This document shows, in pieces, positions 42,114 through 54,682 of a stretch of 64,000 nt of DNA; position 1 is the first letter of the stretch, and each line of letters starts with the position of its first letter. The position numbers and the translations under genes were made by a program. Origin of the DNA: Klebsormidium nitens (Eukaryota; Plantae; Klebsormidiophyceae); NCBI GenBank assembly GCA_000708835.1, contig DF237307.1, positions 1-64,000 on the forward strand. Direction: 5' to 3'. The notes below the pieces were generated by a model that searched no databases, had not been told where the DNA came from, and saw only the letters and a program-made list of their open reading frames with translations.

Positions 42114-43372
42114 CGGCCCACCCGGGTGGGCTGTCACGGTTGCCAGGGTTGAGAAAGTCCATTGCTGGAGGATCTTTAGAGTGTAATTGTAAAGAGGACA
42201 CGTGCATTTGGACGCAGACAGAGATCAGATTGACATTAAGTCAAGACAAACTTCCAGAAACCGTCACCAAAACCCACATGCTGAGAATTGGATCTGACTG
42301 GTAGTTTACCAGCAGCATTGGTTTATTGCATTAATTGGTCATAGATCGAGAGAACCTCTAAGAGCTTGGGGCACCTCAAAACTTTCCACCAAGAATGAGT
42401 ACTGATCGTCATTGTGGCACGTTCGTGCGACTATGTTTGGCCCGGGCCACTATGAACCTGCAATCATTTTTGGCCCGGTACGTCCACTAATATAGAAGAG
42501 TAATGATTTCGTTCTCCGTACATGTTCGTTGCGCCTTCCATACATATTGAACGGTGCCACACGGGTCATTCTCTGTCGCATGTGACACGGTAATGCATTT
42601 GCATCCATCATGAAAGGTGCATTAAATGCACAACAGCATGGCCGGCATGTGAACATATTGCATCGGCCATATACATGCCTAGGCCGCAAGCAAGCCCTTT
42701 ACATGGCACGATGATCATGCTGTTGTTCGAAGTTCACCGGCCAGCTATCAAAGCATGCTGATTGGATGCCAGTGTGCGCTGCACAACCATGCCGCATAGT
42801 TGCAGTACTGTGAGGGGGCCGCCCCTTTGATAGATTGTTGCAGGGCAATCTTCCGTGCTTGCACGAGAACCTCAAGGGCATCCGATCTGAACAGATCCCA
42901 AAGCAAGTGGCTGCACAAACGTCTCACGAAACGATCATTGACTGGATATCGTGAATCGTTATAGAAGGATCAATTGAAAGTGCTGTTAGCCTCTAGAGTT
43001 ACAACACCAACCTAGTAGGACTTTACTAGGAGAAGGCTCTTGATCGTACTGAATGTAAGCACCAACGAAAACGGCAACTTGAACACACAAGACACACATA
43101 CCGTAACGCTAGATTCATCGGCTCTGCCTCCCTCCGTCAAACATAAGCGACGGTATTAGTACATGTACCTGTACCAGTGGTGATCAGTATGACAACTCTC
43201 GATTTGATAAATAGGCCTACCTAAAGTACAAGCTTCCTCCGCAGTGTCCTGCACTGTCTCCCCATGCCCAATCTGACGAGACGCTCGCCCCGCAGTTGAT
43301 CAACGCGTGGAGCGGCTCGGCCCCCCGGCCGTGCCGCCTTTCAGCCCCGCGCTCCCCAACACTGGGGCTGCG

Positions 43373-46300
43373 TCAGAACTGGCCTGCATCGTCGTCGTCC
43401 TGCTGCTGCGCGAGCGTCTCCCGGTTGTCGTGCTGCCAGAAGCCGCGCACGTCGGTGAGCATGGACACGACGGTGTCGCCCTGCTTGCACGCGACGAGGT
43501 CGCGCAGCGTGATGCGCGCGGGGTGCGAAGGCTTGACCATGTCCCACACCTCGTCCACCACGTCCTGGATCACCAGCTCGTAGTTGTCCGCCGCCATCCA
43601 CTTCTCGTGCACCGCCCTGCAACCAGCACACCCCGAGCCCATCAGCGCCCGCCTGCACTGCCGCTCTAGCATGATCGTTCAAAGATGAAACCGAGCGCAA
43701 GCGCCTGAGCCCGTTATGTGCAGATCTCCAAGCGGTTCAAATTCAACGCCCCTAGCGGTTGGCGTAGGAAAGATTCACAGATCCCACTCGCTCAGGACGG
43801 GGACACCATCTCCAACTCGTAAACTTTCGACCGACACTGCCCGCGGTATGTGACAGATGATGCCAGGTCGGTCTGCTCCCCGTGCCCTGGGGGAGGTCCG
43901 CCCGGGCTGGCCCACTCACTTGAAAAGGGTGTAGACGTCGGCGGCGGTGAGCGCGCCCTCGCCGCGCAGGTCGAGGCAGCGGAAGAGGTACGCGAGCGCC
44001 TCGGGCGTGTTCTTGTAGTCCATGGCCAGCACGAAGTCCACGAAGCTCGCCACGTCCATCTCGCGCGGGTGGCCCCGCCCCAGCCGCGACCGCCGCACGG
44101 CCTCGTCAAACACTGCGCCAGCAAGACGCAGCAGCAGCAGGCGGTCAAGCACAGCGGCGTCTGCATCGGAGGCCATCAAGACGAGCAGTGGACGGACGGT
44201 ACTCGAGGGCTGCGCTGCTACAGCAACTCACTTTCTCTCCGCATCCCTGCCCTGACGCATCAAGCAGTGCCGCCCCGCCCTCCTTCGAAGCGCAGTGCAC
44301 GCGAAACAGCTTGCTCCAGGGCGGGCCCGTACCTCTGTCCACGAAGATGGGCGTGAGGCCCCCGTCATTCCAGGCCGCCAGCTCGGCCTTGGAGAGGGTG
44401 CCGTTGCGGTCGCGGTCGAGCTTCATGAAGAGCGTGTACACGCGGCGCGCGTTGTCGGGCAGGAACCAGTTGGCGGGTGCCACCTCGTCGGGCTCGTCCT
44501 GGCGCAGCTCCATCAGCTCCGACAGCACTGGGTGCAGCAGCACGTCGCGGATCAGCAGCTTGCTGCGCCGCGCGCCGTCGATGAAGAAGAAGAACTTGCG
44601 CGCCGCGATCTTCTTGTACATGTTCACAAACGAGCCCCCCGGGGCCAGGTCCGAGCTGCCCAGCTGCGGCAGGCTGCACCCACGCCATGCCGCACACGCG
44701 TCAGCGCAGGGACCGGGCAACAGACGTGCCTGCGACCCGTACCGTACAGGAAAGATCGCAGCCGAAAAGAGTTGAGCGGCATCGCAAAGACTACAGTACT
44801 TGGCTGTTGAGACAAGGAGCCTCAAGACAATGGTCGGCAGCAAACTCTGAAAAGCTTGGCAGAAAGTCACAGCAAAGGTGCCTGGCCAGGGGACGCCCTG
44901 CGTGCTTAGGTGTGCTTGCACCCACCTGGGGATGAGTTGCCCAATGTAGGCCTCCAGCTCCGTGTGCTTCAGGTAGCCGTCGCCGTCCTCATCAAACACA
45001 CACATGTCAATCCGCGCCTGGCAGCACGGAGTGACGTCAGCACAGAGACTCAGCCACCAAAGCAAGGGCGCACAGAGCTCGTAGAACAAGAGAGGGTATA
45101 CGGTATCAGCTGGCTGCTTGGGAGGCAAGTAAGACTGGTCCAGCTTCAGGAGGTGAAATGCTGTGAGTCTCGAGAGGTCGGCCGCACGGGTGCGGCGGGG
45201 GGAGCGCGGCGCACCTGGGTGAGGGAGGTCATGCGCATCATGTACAGGTAGAAGGGGTAGATGCCAATGCGCCCGTACTGGTCCGCCTCGAAGGTCAGGA
45301 ATACCGACGGGGCAAAGAATGGCCTCACTTTGGGGCCAATCTGCTCGACGCTCCTGCACGAGAGAGGGCAGACAGCGGGTCCATCTCTCCGCATGGCTGC
45401 CTTGCTCTGTTGAGGCCACCCTGGACCAGCGGAGCACTCTAAGTTGGCCAAGTGCCTGGAACTGCTGTCCAGATCTAGTTTTAACCTTGAAACAGCGGTG
45501 CAACAAGTGCATGGGCAGGCGGCCGCGCACCTCTCCCCGACTTGGCAGAAATCGTCGTAGTTGATCCTGTCTTTGGCGGGGTCGTCGTCCGGCCCGGAGA
45601 TGCTCTCCTTGAGGCAGCCCCACACGATGCTCAGCTCCTCGGGGTCCAGCAGCGCGTCATGCTGCTTGCGCAGGAATCGAGTGCGCGCCAGCCGCGCCAC
45701 CTGCCCCGCCAGCGACGCCTCCTCCGGCCGCGCTCGGAAGAAGGGGGGAATGCCATCTGCAAGAGCCGGGGGCATACTATACCAACGGTTTCTGAGATCA
45801 GGAGCAGTGTTGGCACAATCCAAGAGCCTTTTAACATGGAATTTTTCAACAACAGCTTTTGTTATTGCGATAAGGTTGAGCCCCCCGTGCGGCTCCAAAT
45901 AGGGTGGGTGCGCCAATTTGCCTGCCAAGCTTGTGCAGGCGCCTTTCCGGCCAGCATGTGGGTGGGCACACCTGGTGGCGCACTGGTGCTCTCCTGGGGC
46001 TGGCTGCGCTGCTCCAGCAGGTGCCGCAGGTGGTGCTGCACCTCGCGCTCCGCTGCCTCCTCTGAGTACGCCGCCTCCTCGGCCCCCAGGTACCCCTTCA
46101 GCGCTTGCACCCACTGCATTCCTGACGTGCTGGGCCTGAAGAGAAAAGGGCAGGGTAAGACTGGGGCAGGCGATGCCGCAAGCGACGCCGCATTGCGCCT
46201 TCCAGGCAGGGTGGTCGTTCTATGCAAAGAGGAGACTTGACGATGGCAGGGGGACTTGAAGGCCCAGAACATTCCTGCCCTGCTGACAATCCAGAGGCCA

Positions 46301-46634
46301 TGCAGTCAGTCACTTGGAGTGGCCTGTGAACCCATGTCCTTGGCCCTAAATCTTTGTTGACTGCCAGTGTCTGACGGTGTTAGCGTTGACCGAGAAGCGC
46401 GACAGCACAGAACCTTTGTTTAGCAGCTGCCATCAATGCGTCACCACGCGCACGGGCGTACCTTCCGTTCCTGGGGCGGTGCAGGGCCTCGTGGCGCCAC
46501 CTGCGCAGCGTGTCATCCTCGTCTGCCTCGTCCCCCCCGGGCGAGCTGCGCTCCTCCAGGTCGCTGTCATCGGGATCCACGAAGTGACTGCCCGTCCAAG
46601 TGGCGGACCGTCCGAATGTGCCGCGCGCAGCCAT
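43373..46634 (-). CDS. TON2: PP2A regulatory B'' subunit TON2/FASS (preprophase band / microtubule organisation)
   Basis: MQWVQALKGYLG, IPPFFRARPEEASLAGQVARLARTRFLRKQ, RINYDDFC, EQIGPKVRPFFAPSVF..GRIGIYPFYLYMMR..SLTQ|ARIDM..DEDGDGYL, ARKFFFF, ELMELRQ, ANWF, EF-hand DRDRNGTLS, EMDVASFVDFVLAM, YLFRCLDL, EVWDMVKP, DVRGFWQHDNRE. Confidence 0.92.
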
Positions 46635-47242
46635 TGTCGAGGACACACGCAGAAACAGAGGCAGGCAACAAATGCAGTGCGTGCATCAGAGCATCTCGGG
46701 CTTCACGCATTCCATCCACAGCAGGCAACAGCAGCGAGGCAGCAAGGTACCGCAGACCACAGCTCACTTGCAAGCGCTGCTCGCGATCAGCGTCCTCTCC
46801 GCCTCCACTGGCAGGCGGGTCAAGGTGGTGACCATGGCCGGCAGCAGCGCCAACGACCCTCCTCCTTCCCTAAGCTTCCGGGCCCCTTAAGAACTTTACG
46901 GAGGCTACCCTACCCCGGGCGCTTGACAAAGCAAACCGGCCGGTTAAGCAATGCCGGCAAGCGAGGAGATATTGAAATCTTACCCCCGAGAAACAGCCGG
47001 TGAAACTTGCCGGGGGGATCCCGCGGATCCCTAGCCATCCCTGTGCCGTTCCTCGTCAGGCACCTCGCCATGCACCTGGTGTCACCTGGCCATCCTCAGC
47101 CTCAGGCTCTGGCTCTGGCCATAGCGAAGGCATAGCAGTGGCACTGCCAAAAGCAGTGCAGGCTGGGACGGGCAGAACGGCAGGGAAGCCTGGGAAGGAA
47201 GCTGGGGACAATTGACGACCAGGGACAGCCGATGGCGCGGGC

Positions 47243-50200
47243 ATGCTCCAGGCTGCTGCAGTGCGACAGGCCTCGGGACCCAGATGCATGAAGCTGTCCT
47301 ACAAGAAGGCGGAATGCCTGCCTGCATCACAGGAGCTAGCGGAACGCCCGTCAAATGCTCAAATGGTCCCCAGAATGGCTGCAGTGCTGAGGAGGCTTTC
47401 TGCCATTGTCCTGGGTGTGCTGGAGCTGGTGCTGGCAGCCATTACGTTGCTGCGGGTTGTTGTGGTTGTAGGGATTGCCCTGGCTGCGCGTGTCCTGGCC
47501 TACCCTCCAGCATGCACAGCCGTCTGCCTGTGCTGTGGGCAGCAGCTGCACTCCCAGAGCCAGGGGGCAGAGCAGGGGAGCTCGGGAAGGGGGGTGCGGG
47601 CCACAGCTACCGCTGATTGCGAGGGGGAGCACCCGAGAGGTGCAATGCATGCCACAAGCTATTCTTCCTCTCGAGCAGACTCTTGCGGAAAGGAGACCAA
47701 TGGGGTCTCAGACAGTGCCAAAGTGCCAAGATGTCAGGCATGGTCCCAGGACCACTCCCTCTTTGACCAGAAGGTGGACTGCTTGGAGCGAAGGGATGCC
47801 CTGCGCGGGCTAGCCTGCGCCGTCCGCAGAGAGTGCCGCTCGACGGCAGTGCCAGCTCGTGGAGACTCTCCTAGTGGCCAGGACTGCCTAATGAGGGGCA
47901 CATGCGGGGCCCATGAGGGTGGCCCCACATCTCCAGCTGTCGTACTCTCAAGCATGCAGACAAAAAGCACCCCTGCTGGGATGTCTCTCCAGCTCAGCCT
48001 TGCTGTTGACATAGGAAGGGGTGCCTGCCCGTCCAATCAATGCACGCACGCCGACACTTTAGCAGGCCATGTGGCCCCTGGCTCCTGCAGTGGCGCTGTC
48101 GGTGCTTCTGGGCAGTGGCCATCGGTGGAAGAGTTGCAACAGGAGCTGGACGAGGAGCGGAGCGCCGCAGAGGAGGCCGCCGCAGAAGCTCTACGAATGA
48201 TCACGCGCTTGCAGGTGAGGCACATGGACTCGTACTCTCACTTGCATGGGTAATAGCGCACCCGGAAAATAACAATTTGATAATATCCGGCGAGATGTAC
48301 CCTTGAAACCATCAGACTGTCCAAGCTTCGACAGAAGTGCCTCATATATTTTTGGAACCAAATACGAGCGCTCATGTCACTTTCACTTGTCCATTCGGTT
48401 GAGCATCTTGCTGCTCGCTGTGTGGCTTGTCAGAGGTGATCCACAAGCTCTGGCATTGCTCTGTGGCTGACCCGCGCTGCCGCCGCTGCTGCAGAGTGAG
48501 AAGGCTGCCCTGGCGGCCCAGCTGCGGCAGGCGGCGCAGCGTGAGCAGGAGGCGGCGCTGCAGCACGGCGCGCTGGTGGACGCACTGGAGGGGGCCATTG
48601 CACAGCTGGAGCAGGAGCGCGCCGCGCGGCACCGGGAGAAGAGGCACCACCGCGCGCGCTTCGAAGCACACGGGGCACGCTGGCAGCCCGGCTGCGCACG
48701 CTTGGCTTTGCTGGACGCATGGCACGAGGGAGGGGCAGTCCCCGTGCAAGTGCAGCCCGTGCTACTAGGAGGGCCGCACGGGGGGGTGGAAAGAGGGGCT
48801 CCAGGCCTGCTGCTGGCCACTGCAGCGGAGGACGCGCAGTGGCCACGGTGCGAACCCAAGGAAGGGGCGCAACTGACGGAGGTGAACGAAATGGGGGGCA
48901 GGCTGCACTCTGGGGGCCATAAGGCGATAGCAAGCGGAGTGGTCGAAGAGGAGGGTGGTAGAGAGGCGCCAGCTCAGCAGACTGCCCATGACGGGGCAGA
49001 GAGTGGGGGGGAAGCATTGCAGAGTGGCGGGAAACTGAGCGATGCGTCGCCAGAGTTAGGGAGTCAAAGGACCAATGCTGACGAAGGACTTGTGGGAAAC
49101 AAGGGCGGCAGCGGCGCAGGAGTCTTGCAAAGGCACGTGTCGCTGGTCTCGCACCCTGTTGAGGATGAGTGGCCAGACAGAGAGTGCGGGGGTACCGCAG
49201 CGCTGGAGCAGGAAGCGGGGGAAGCCGGCGGCAAGGAACAGAGTCCACTGCAGCCAGGGGCAACGGGAGTGGGCTTGGCTGCAGTTGTGGGTGCTAGCCA
49301 GCAGGACTACAGCCCCGACAGAGCTCAGCCCCAACCTGGAAGCTGTTCCGAAGGAGACCAGGCCGAAATTGTTCTGCAGCAACAGCCTGGGCGAGAGGTC
49401 GCACGAGCTTCCAGGTGCGAGGTGGGGTGCCAGGAAAACAGCTCTGATTGCACAAGTACGGAGCGCTGTGGCAAGCCGGGGGGGATTAGTAAAGCAGATT
49501 GTGGGTCGAGCCGTCGAGGCGGCAGTCCTCTCAAGCTTCCAGAGGAAGGCGTCAGTGAGCCCATGAGTGACTGGCTTTTGTCCATCGGAGGACAAGAAGC
49601 ACGACAGTCAAGGCAAGAAAACGGAGACCACGCTGATAGGTCCAACGAAGGCGCCTGCAATGGAAGAATCCGAGAAACGGACCATGCATTGGTCCGGAAA
49701 CGGGAAGCAAGCGTGCTCCAGGAGCAGCAGGAGAACGGGGGCGGGGTGCCCAGCCCAGCCACAAGTGAGTCAAAAGCCGCAGACTCCGCGCACCGCAAAC
49801 AGCAGGCAGTAGAGCTCGCAGATCCGGGTTGCTCGGTGGTGGCAGCGGGAGGTGCGGTGTCGGGCGAGCTGGCGGGGAAGCTGGCGTCGCGGCGCAAGTG
49901 GGAGCAGATGTGGGAGGAAAAGGGGCGGCATCTCTGGAGCAGCCCATCCGTGGCCATCAAAGAAAGACCGGTGCGGGGGGGCGTACGGCGATCCTTGTTT
50001 GGAGAAGGTAGTCAAGACAACACCACTGGAAAAGCTGGGAGCATCCGAGATCGGTATGATTCTGCAGAGCAGAATGAGCACTGTAGCCCAGGCGACACGC
50101 TTACGGCTACCTCGATGCAAAGACCTGAGATTGTCACGTCAGCTACACAGCCCCACACCCCAGATTCGCTTTCCACCGAACTTGCTAGAAAGCTAGCCAG

Positions 50201-50249
50201 CAGAAGAAAGTGGGAGGTCTCCTCCGAAGTGACCAAATCCTCCGCATGA
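47243..50249 (+). CDS. Myosin-binding protein MyoB (GTD/zein-binding, DUF593) with N-terminal TM segment; start uncertain
   Basis: N-terminal hydrophobic AIVLGVLELVLAAITLLRVVVVVGIALAARVL followed by a Cys motif (CTAVCLCCG). GTD core EELQQELDEERSAAEEAAAEALRMITRLQ|SEKAALAAQLRQ, joined across a GT-AG intron (48213-48495 region). Long acidic disordered last exon to the stop at 50249. Confidence 0.8.
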
Positions 50250-51209
50250 GAGCACCTAGGAAACAGTACTTCGAGGGGTCGTATTAGAAAAGCAGCACGT
50301 GTCATTTAACGGGTTTAGTCCGGTCACAGAGAGATCACGCTTTAGATATTTCGCGAGTAGCTGCCCTAATTGCTAAATGAGCATGTTCGACAGACCGTGT
50401 GCAACATTAATGTCATGCCGCTGATCGACACATAAGATCGATTAATCTGACCGATCAACAAGACGTATGTGTAATCAAGAAGTCTGCGCGCAGCGAACTG
50501 AGACTTACGCACGTAAGTGGCATGATATGTTGATTGTGTCGGAATAGCACGAACGCGATCGTGAATGCAGTGGCGCTATAAGCTTCAGTACACTGCCTTA
50601 AGCGGCGGTATAACTTGCAGCATGGCTCTCATGAAATTGCATCATCGATCCAGATCTAGTTCGTATCATTCGGCCGTAAGTTTGGCCGCGACTCACATGA
50701 CATGTGATCATATCCATACGTAGCACATGCTTCCGACACGCATGCATGTTGATCGATTTATAGTCGTAAAATCGTATGTATATTTATTAGGATGATGTAT
50801 ACGATACATCCAAGGTTGATGTGCAACGTCGCACACCTCGATGACCTAAGCCTTGAACGTCATAAGGATGCCTCAAACCAAACTCGCATCAACTCGTGCA
50901 TCGTTCATCATGCTGGCTCTGGAGTCGGCTCGACTTTGCGTTCAACTCTCAACATTTTCAAAGTAATGGACAACGATTTGGTGAATTCGTTGAGGGCATG
51001 CGTAGGCCGACACCTTTGAGTGATGGCAATTCAGTCGCTGCGGCCTGCCGCTGCTTTCAAGCGGATGACGTGCATGAGCACGCTGCCGGGGTGAAGTGAC
51101 TTGCCCAAAGTACGGTGGGTCCGCAGCCAACGTTGGTCGTGCAGTCCAGCTTGAGGACAGCATGCCAGCATGGCGAGCGTGGTGCTTCTCTATAAGAATC
51201 CTCGTTGCA

Positions 51210-53481
51210 TCAATCTTCTTCGTAATCTTCTTCGAGTTCCACTTCTTCCTGCACAGCACGGCTTCTCTTAGTCAAACACCATTTTTAAATCAAGGGTTCA
51301 AACACAAGTGCTCTTCCATCTTTGTTCAATTTCGAATTCGTATCACGTGAGCAGACTTGTTGGAGGCACATGGCTCTGCTTACTTTGACGCCCGCCGTTT
51401 CGTGCCAGGCATGATGGCAAGGGGGCCATTCCAACTTTGAGCGGCAGTGCGGTGCAGGAGGATGCTCACCACCTCCAAGCTCGAGAAGACGACGTATGCA
51501 ATGACGGCTGCCACCTGGGCCCCCACGAAGTACCAAGCTCGGCTGAAAGTAACGGAGAACGGAGTCAGTTAGATATTTTACGCTCCCTTGTGAGCGAATG
51601 TTTTTGAAAGCAGCCAACCGTACACCCAAACAAATCGTTCAAGAGTATCGTCTTTCGATCCTCAACACATCTCGACAAGAACAAGATCCAGACACCGGCC
51701 AACAACTGAGAGCACTGCCTGCCCTTCCAACTCCCGCTGGCCCCTCCTACGTAAACTGGCTCACCTCGTCAGCCGCTTCTCCTCCTCCGATCTCGTGTCT
51801 TCCTTCTTCACCTTGCCCCCCCACCACCCTCGCCGGGAGGACTGCCCGGGGGTTCTGGTGAATGGTGGGGGCTCACGAGGCATGTCGGGACGAGCGGACA
51901 GGACCTCGAGCTCTAGACGCTTGACGTACTTGACCAGGTTTGGATGAGAGAAGGCGCTGGTCTTCAGGGACGTCTCGACCTGCAACCAGGGACAGGCCTT
52001 GTTAGTCACAGTCGCCCAGCCGAACTCGAAGGCTTCAAACACTGAAAACGCGAAGAGGTGGCTCTTTGCTTGAGCGTCTCTTGAGGGCCGTCCACTAGCC
52101 TGCCGCCCGGCAGCCTGCCAGCACACATGGCAGTGGGGACACCCTCTCCGGACCTTAGGGCTGCGCAGCAACCGATTTCGGCCTCAGGAGGCCAAGCGCC
52201 AAGAGGGGCGAGAGACACCAGGGAGGCTGGGCCAGGATGTAACCCCAGCGACGCTGCGGCGCCCAGTTCGTGGTGGCTCACCAGCGGCGCTTTCTCCAGG
52301 AAGAGGAGGTGCGCAAACACGGCGGCGTCCACTCTGGAGGGGCGATTCCCAAAGAAGTAGCGCTGCTCCCCTAGTCGGGTGGCCAGCGCCGCGTAGGCGC
52401 GCTCCGCCTGGCGGTACACCTCCGCGCGCACGTGCGCCGCGTCCACCTCGCCCGTCTGGAACTGCGCGTCGGCCTGCTTGTGCGCGAGGTACGCCAGGAC
52501 GCGGTTGAGCGGGAAGGGCAGGGCCGGCGCGTAAGCGTGCTGGCACAGCTTGTAGTTGGCCTCCTCCAGCCAGAGGGAGTAGTGCAGCGCGGCGCGCAGC
52601 CGCAGGTGGGCCAGCGCGCTCAGCGCCTCGGCGTCCGCGCGCTCCGCAGCAGTCAGGGCGCTGTCCAGGTCAATGCCCTGTACGCGGAGGAGGGTACAGA
52701 CATGGGTTCCCAGAGAATCTTAACGCCCTCCATGAGTACGATGCTGAGGGTGAAAGTCTACAACTTTGCGTGCTTGTGCACAAAACACCAGCCCACGAGG
52801 ACAAGCGATGATCATACTCGATGTGTCAAGTCATGTGCATACCTTGGTCTCCCGTAGGTAGGCGGGTATCCCCCCACTCTCACTCGCCATAACCACCTCG
52901 TCGCCATCCTCCAGGGCAGGAATCTGCTCGGCTCCTACTCGCGTGGGCACGTCCTCCACTTGGAAAGCAGCACCAGCAAGTCGGAGGTACACCTGGACAA
53001 CCAGAAGATACAGTAATCTCATTGTGTAGTCTTGCATATAAACAACTTGATTGGAAGACTCAACTCCGCCTCGACCTGCTTTCATCGGTTCCAGTCGACT
53101 CTGTAAACCCATCTGCATTGCCTAATTCGTTAACAGCTTTCTTTCGGACATTCATACGAGTACTGCTACAACGACGGAGCGACTTGTCGTCTGCAAGTCG
53201 GCTGTACTTAGAGACTGAGGCATCAATGCGGGCGAGCTGCCATGCCTCACAACTTCTCGTGCTGGCCCAAACACAAAAGCATAGAAACAGCATCGATCCA
53301 GCTCCTCATTCGCCAGCGCTTGGCATCCACCACCAGTGGGCGTGACTAGCACTGTCAGCAATGCTGCCGCCAGGTGGGGCCAGAGGAGGGAATGTGTCAC
53401 GCATACCTGCGCCTCTATGCAGGCCACGTCAATGGAAGGTAAGTTCCAAGCAGGAGGGTGCTGTAACAGGGTGAAAACCAT
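51210..53481 (-). CDS. Metaxin (mitochondrial outer-membrane import component, GST-like fold, C-terminal TM)
   Basis: HPPAWNLPSIDVACIEAQ|VYLRLAG, ALHYSLWLEEANY, LPFPLNRVLAY, YRQAERAYAALATRLGEQRYFFGNRPSRVDAAVFAHL, HPNLVKYV, TM RAWYFVGAQVAAVIAYVV and acidic end EEVELEEDYEED* (TGA 51210-51212). Confidence 0.85.
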
Positions 53482-53667
53482 GATGCCGGATCAGGCTAGT
53501 AATGCATGCGGCGTGCCGGCACGCCCAGCACTCACTGCCTCAGGGCTTTGCGCGTATATGTGGCCACCACCACCAGCTGCTGATACGTAAAGCAGTTGCC
53601 ACAGGATGCAAGCCCCCCGAGAAAGAGTGGATTCTGGGATAACGCTAGGAGATTAGGGATCAAAATG

Positions 53668-54360
53668 GGCTAGGAGGGACACCGCCCTTCGGGCGGTATC
53701 CTCCTAGTACGGGTTCAATGGTTCGAGGCTCTGCCAAGGACAAACCGCCGGCCGGGTTTCCAAGCTGACAAGGCTTTGTCTTTGTGCTCGGTCGATGACC
53801 CCGGTGTTCCTCCCCGGGCGCTTCAAAATATAACCGGCCTACCGTACGGGACCCTTTACCGGCTCACCTTAATATTTGAGCGCTTATCTGCAATGCTGTG
53901 ATCAAATCTGAACCAATTTGTGATCAGTTTTCGCTGCATATCCTCTTTTTCAGACCCTCATCTAGGGCTGCAAACGGATTAAATTTTGGCCAAGAGGAGG
54001 TCCTTGCAGCCCTGAAAACCTTTGTTTTTGGTCATAAAATGCAACAAGACTAGAGGTATCGGCGATCAGCGTAGACTGGGACAAGATAACAAAAAAGTTG
54101 ATCCACTTCTGGATCAGCTCGATCCACTTCTGGACCAGATTCGGTTCTGGGGCTCGTACGGTAATTACTATGTCATAGCAGGTCAAATTCTGGGTGAATT
54201 TTAGATGCTGCACAGTCGAAGAAATTGGTTTTGCTGCGCGAGCAAAAAATCTAGGTTATAGAATGCACTCGCGCGAAAATCCAATCTGCAAATTGCGGCA
54301 CGTTTCCCGGAATTTCCTCAGGATGCAGCTTGGCACGTGAGAAAGGGGTATCTCCTAGCC
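53668..54360. mobile_element. Possible non-autonomous element with asymmetric inverted repeats and a terminal GC hairpin
   Basis: ggctaggagggacaccgcccttcgggcggtatcctcctag (53668-53707) folds as a hairpin. ggggtatctcctagcc (54345-54360) is an inverted copy of its left arm. An internal 21-bp tandem duplication gatccacttctgga(t/c)cag lies near 54100-54140. Confidence 0.3.
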
Positions 54361-54461
54361 AAAAAGAACGGCACCGGAATGCTGTTGACACTGACGGAAC
54401 GCAATCCGGTGGAGTCAGGAGTCTGTCGACGTGGCAGTGTCACAAGGACTAGCTGCCTAGG

Positions 54462-54462
<1 letters not shown>

Positions 54463-54496
<34 letters not shown>
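54463..54496. repeat. Poly(T)34 tract
   Basis: Homopolymer run. gactagct occurs just left (54447-54454) and right (54507-54514) of it. Confidence 0.9.
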
Positions 54497-54497
<1 letters not shown>

Positions 54498-54682
54498 GAA
54501 AATACCGACTAGCTAGTAGTAGTAGCTAGCTGCGGCCCGCTGGCGAAATGCGGGCTGGCGAACTGATGACAATGTGGGCTGGCGAAATGCAGCACTTGTT
54601 TCTCGAGAAACCCACATTCTCAGAGTCGGAGGTTGAGAAGTGGTATTAGTAGGTAGCTAGCGCAGAGGATCTGCTCATCAAC

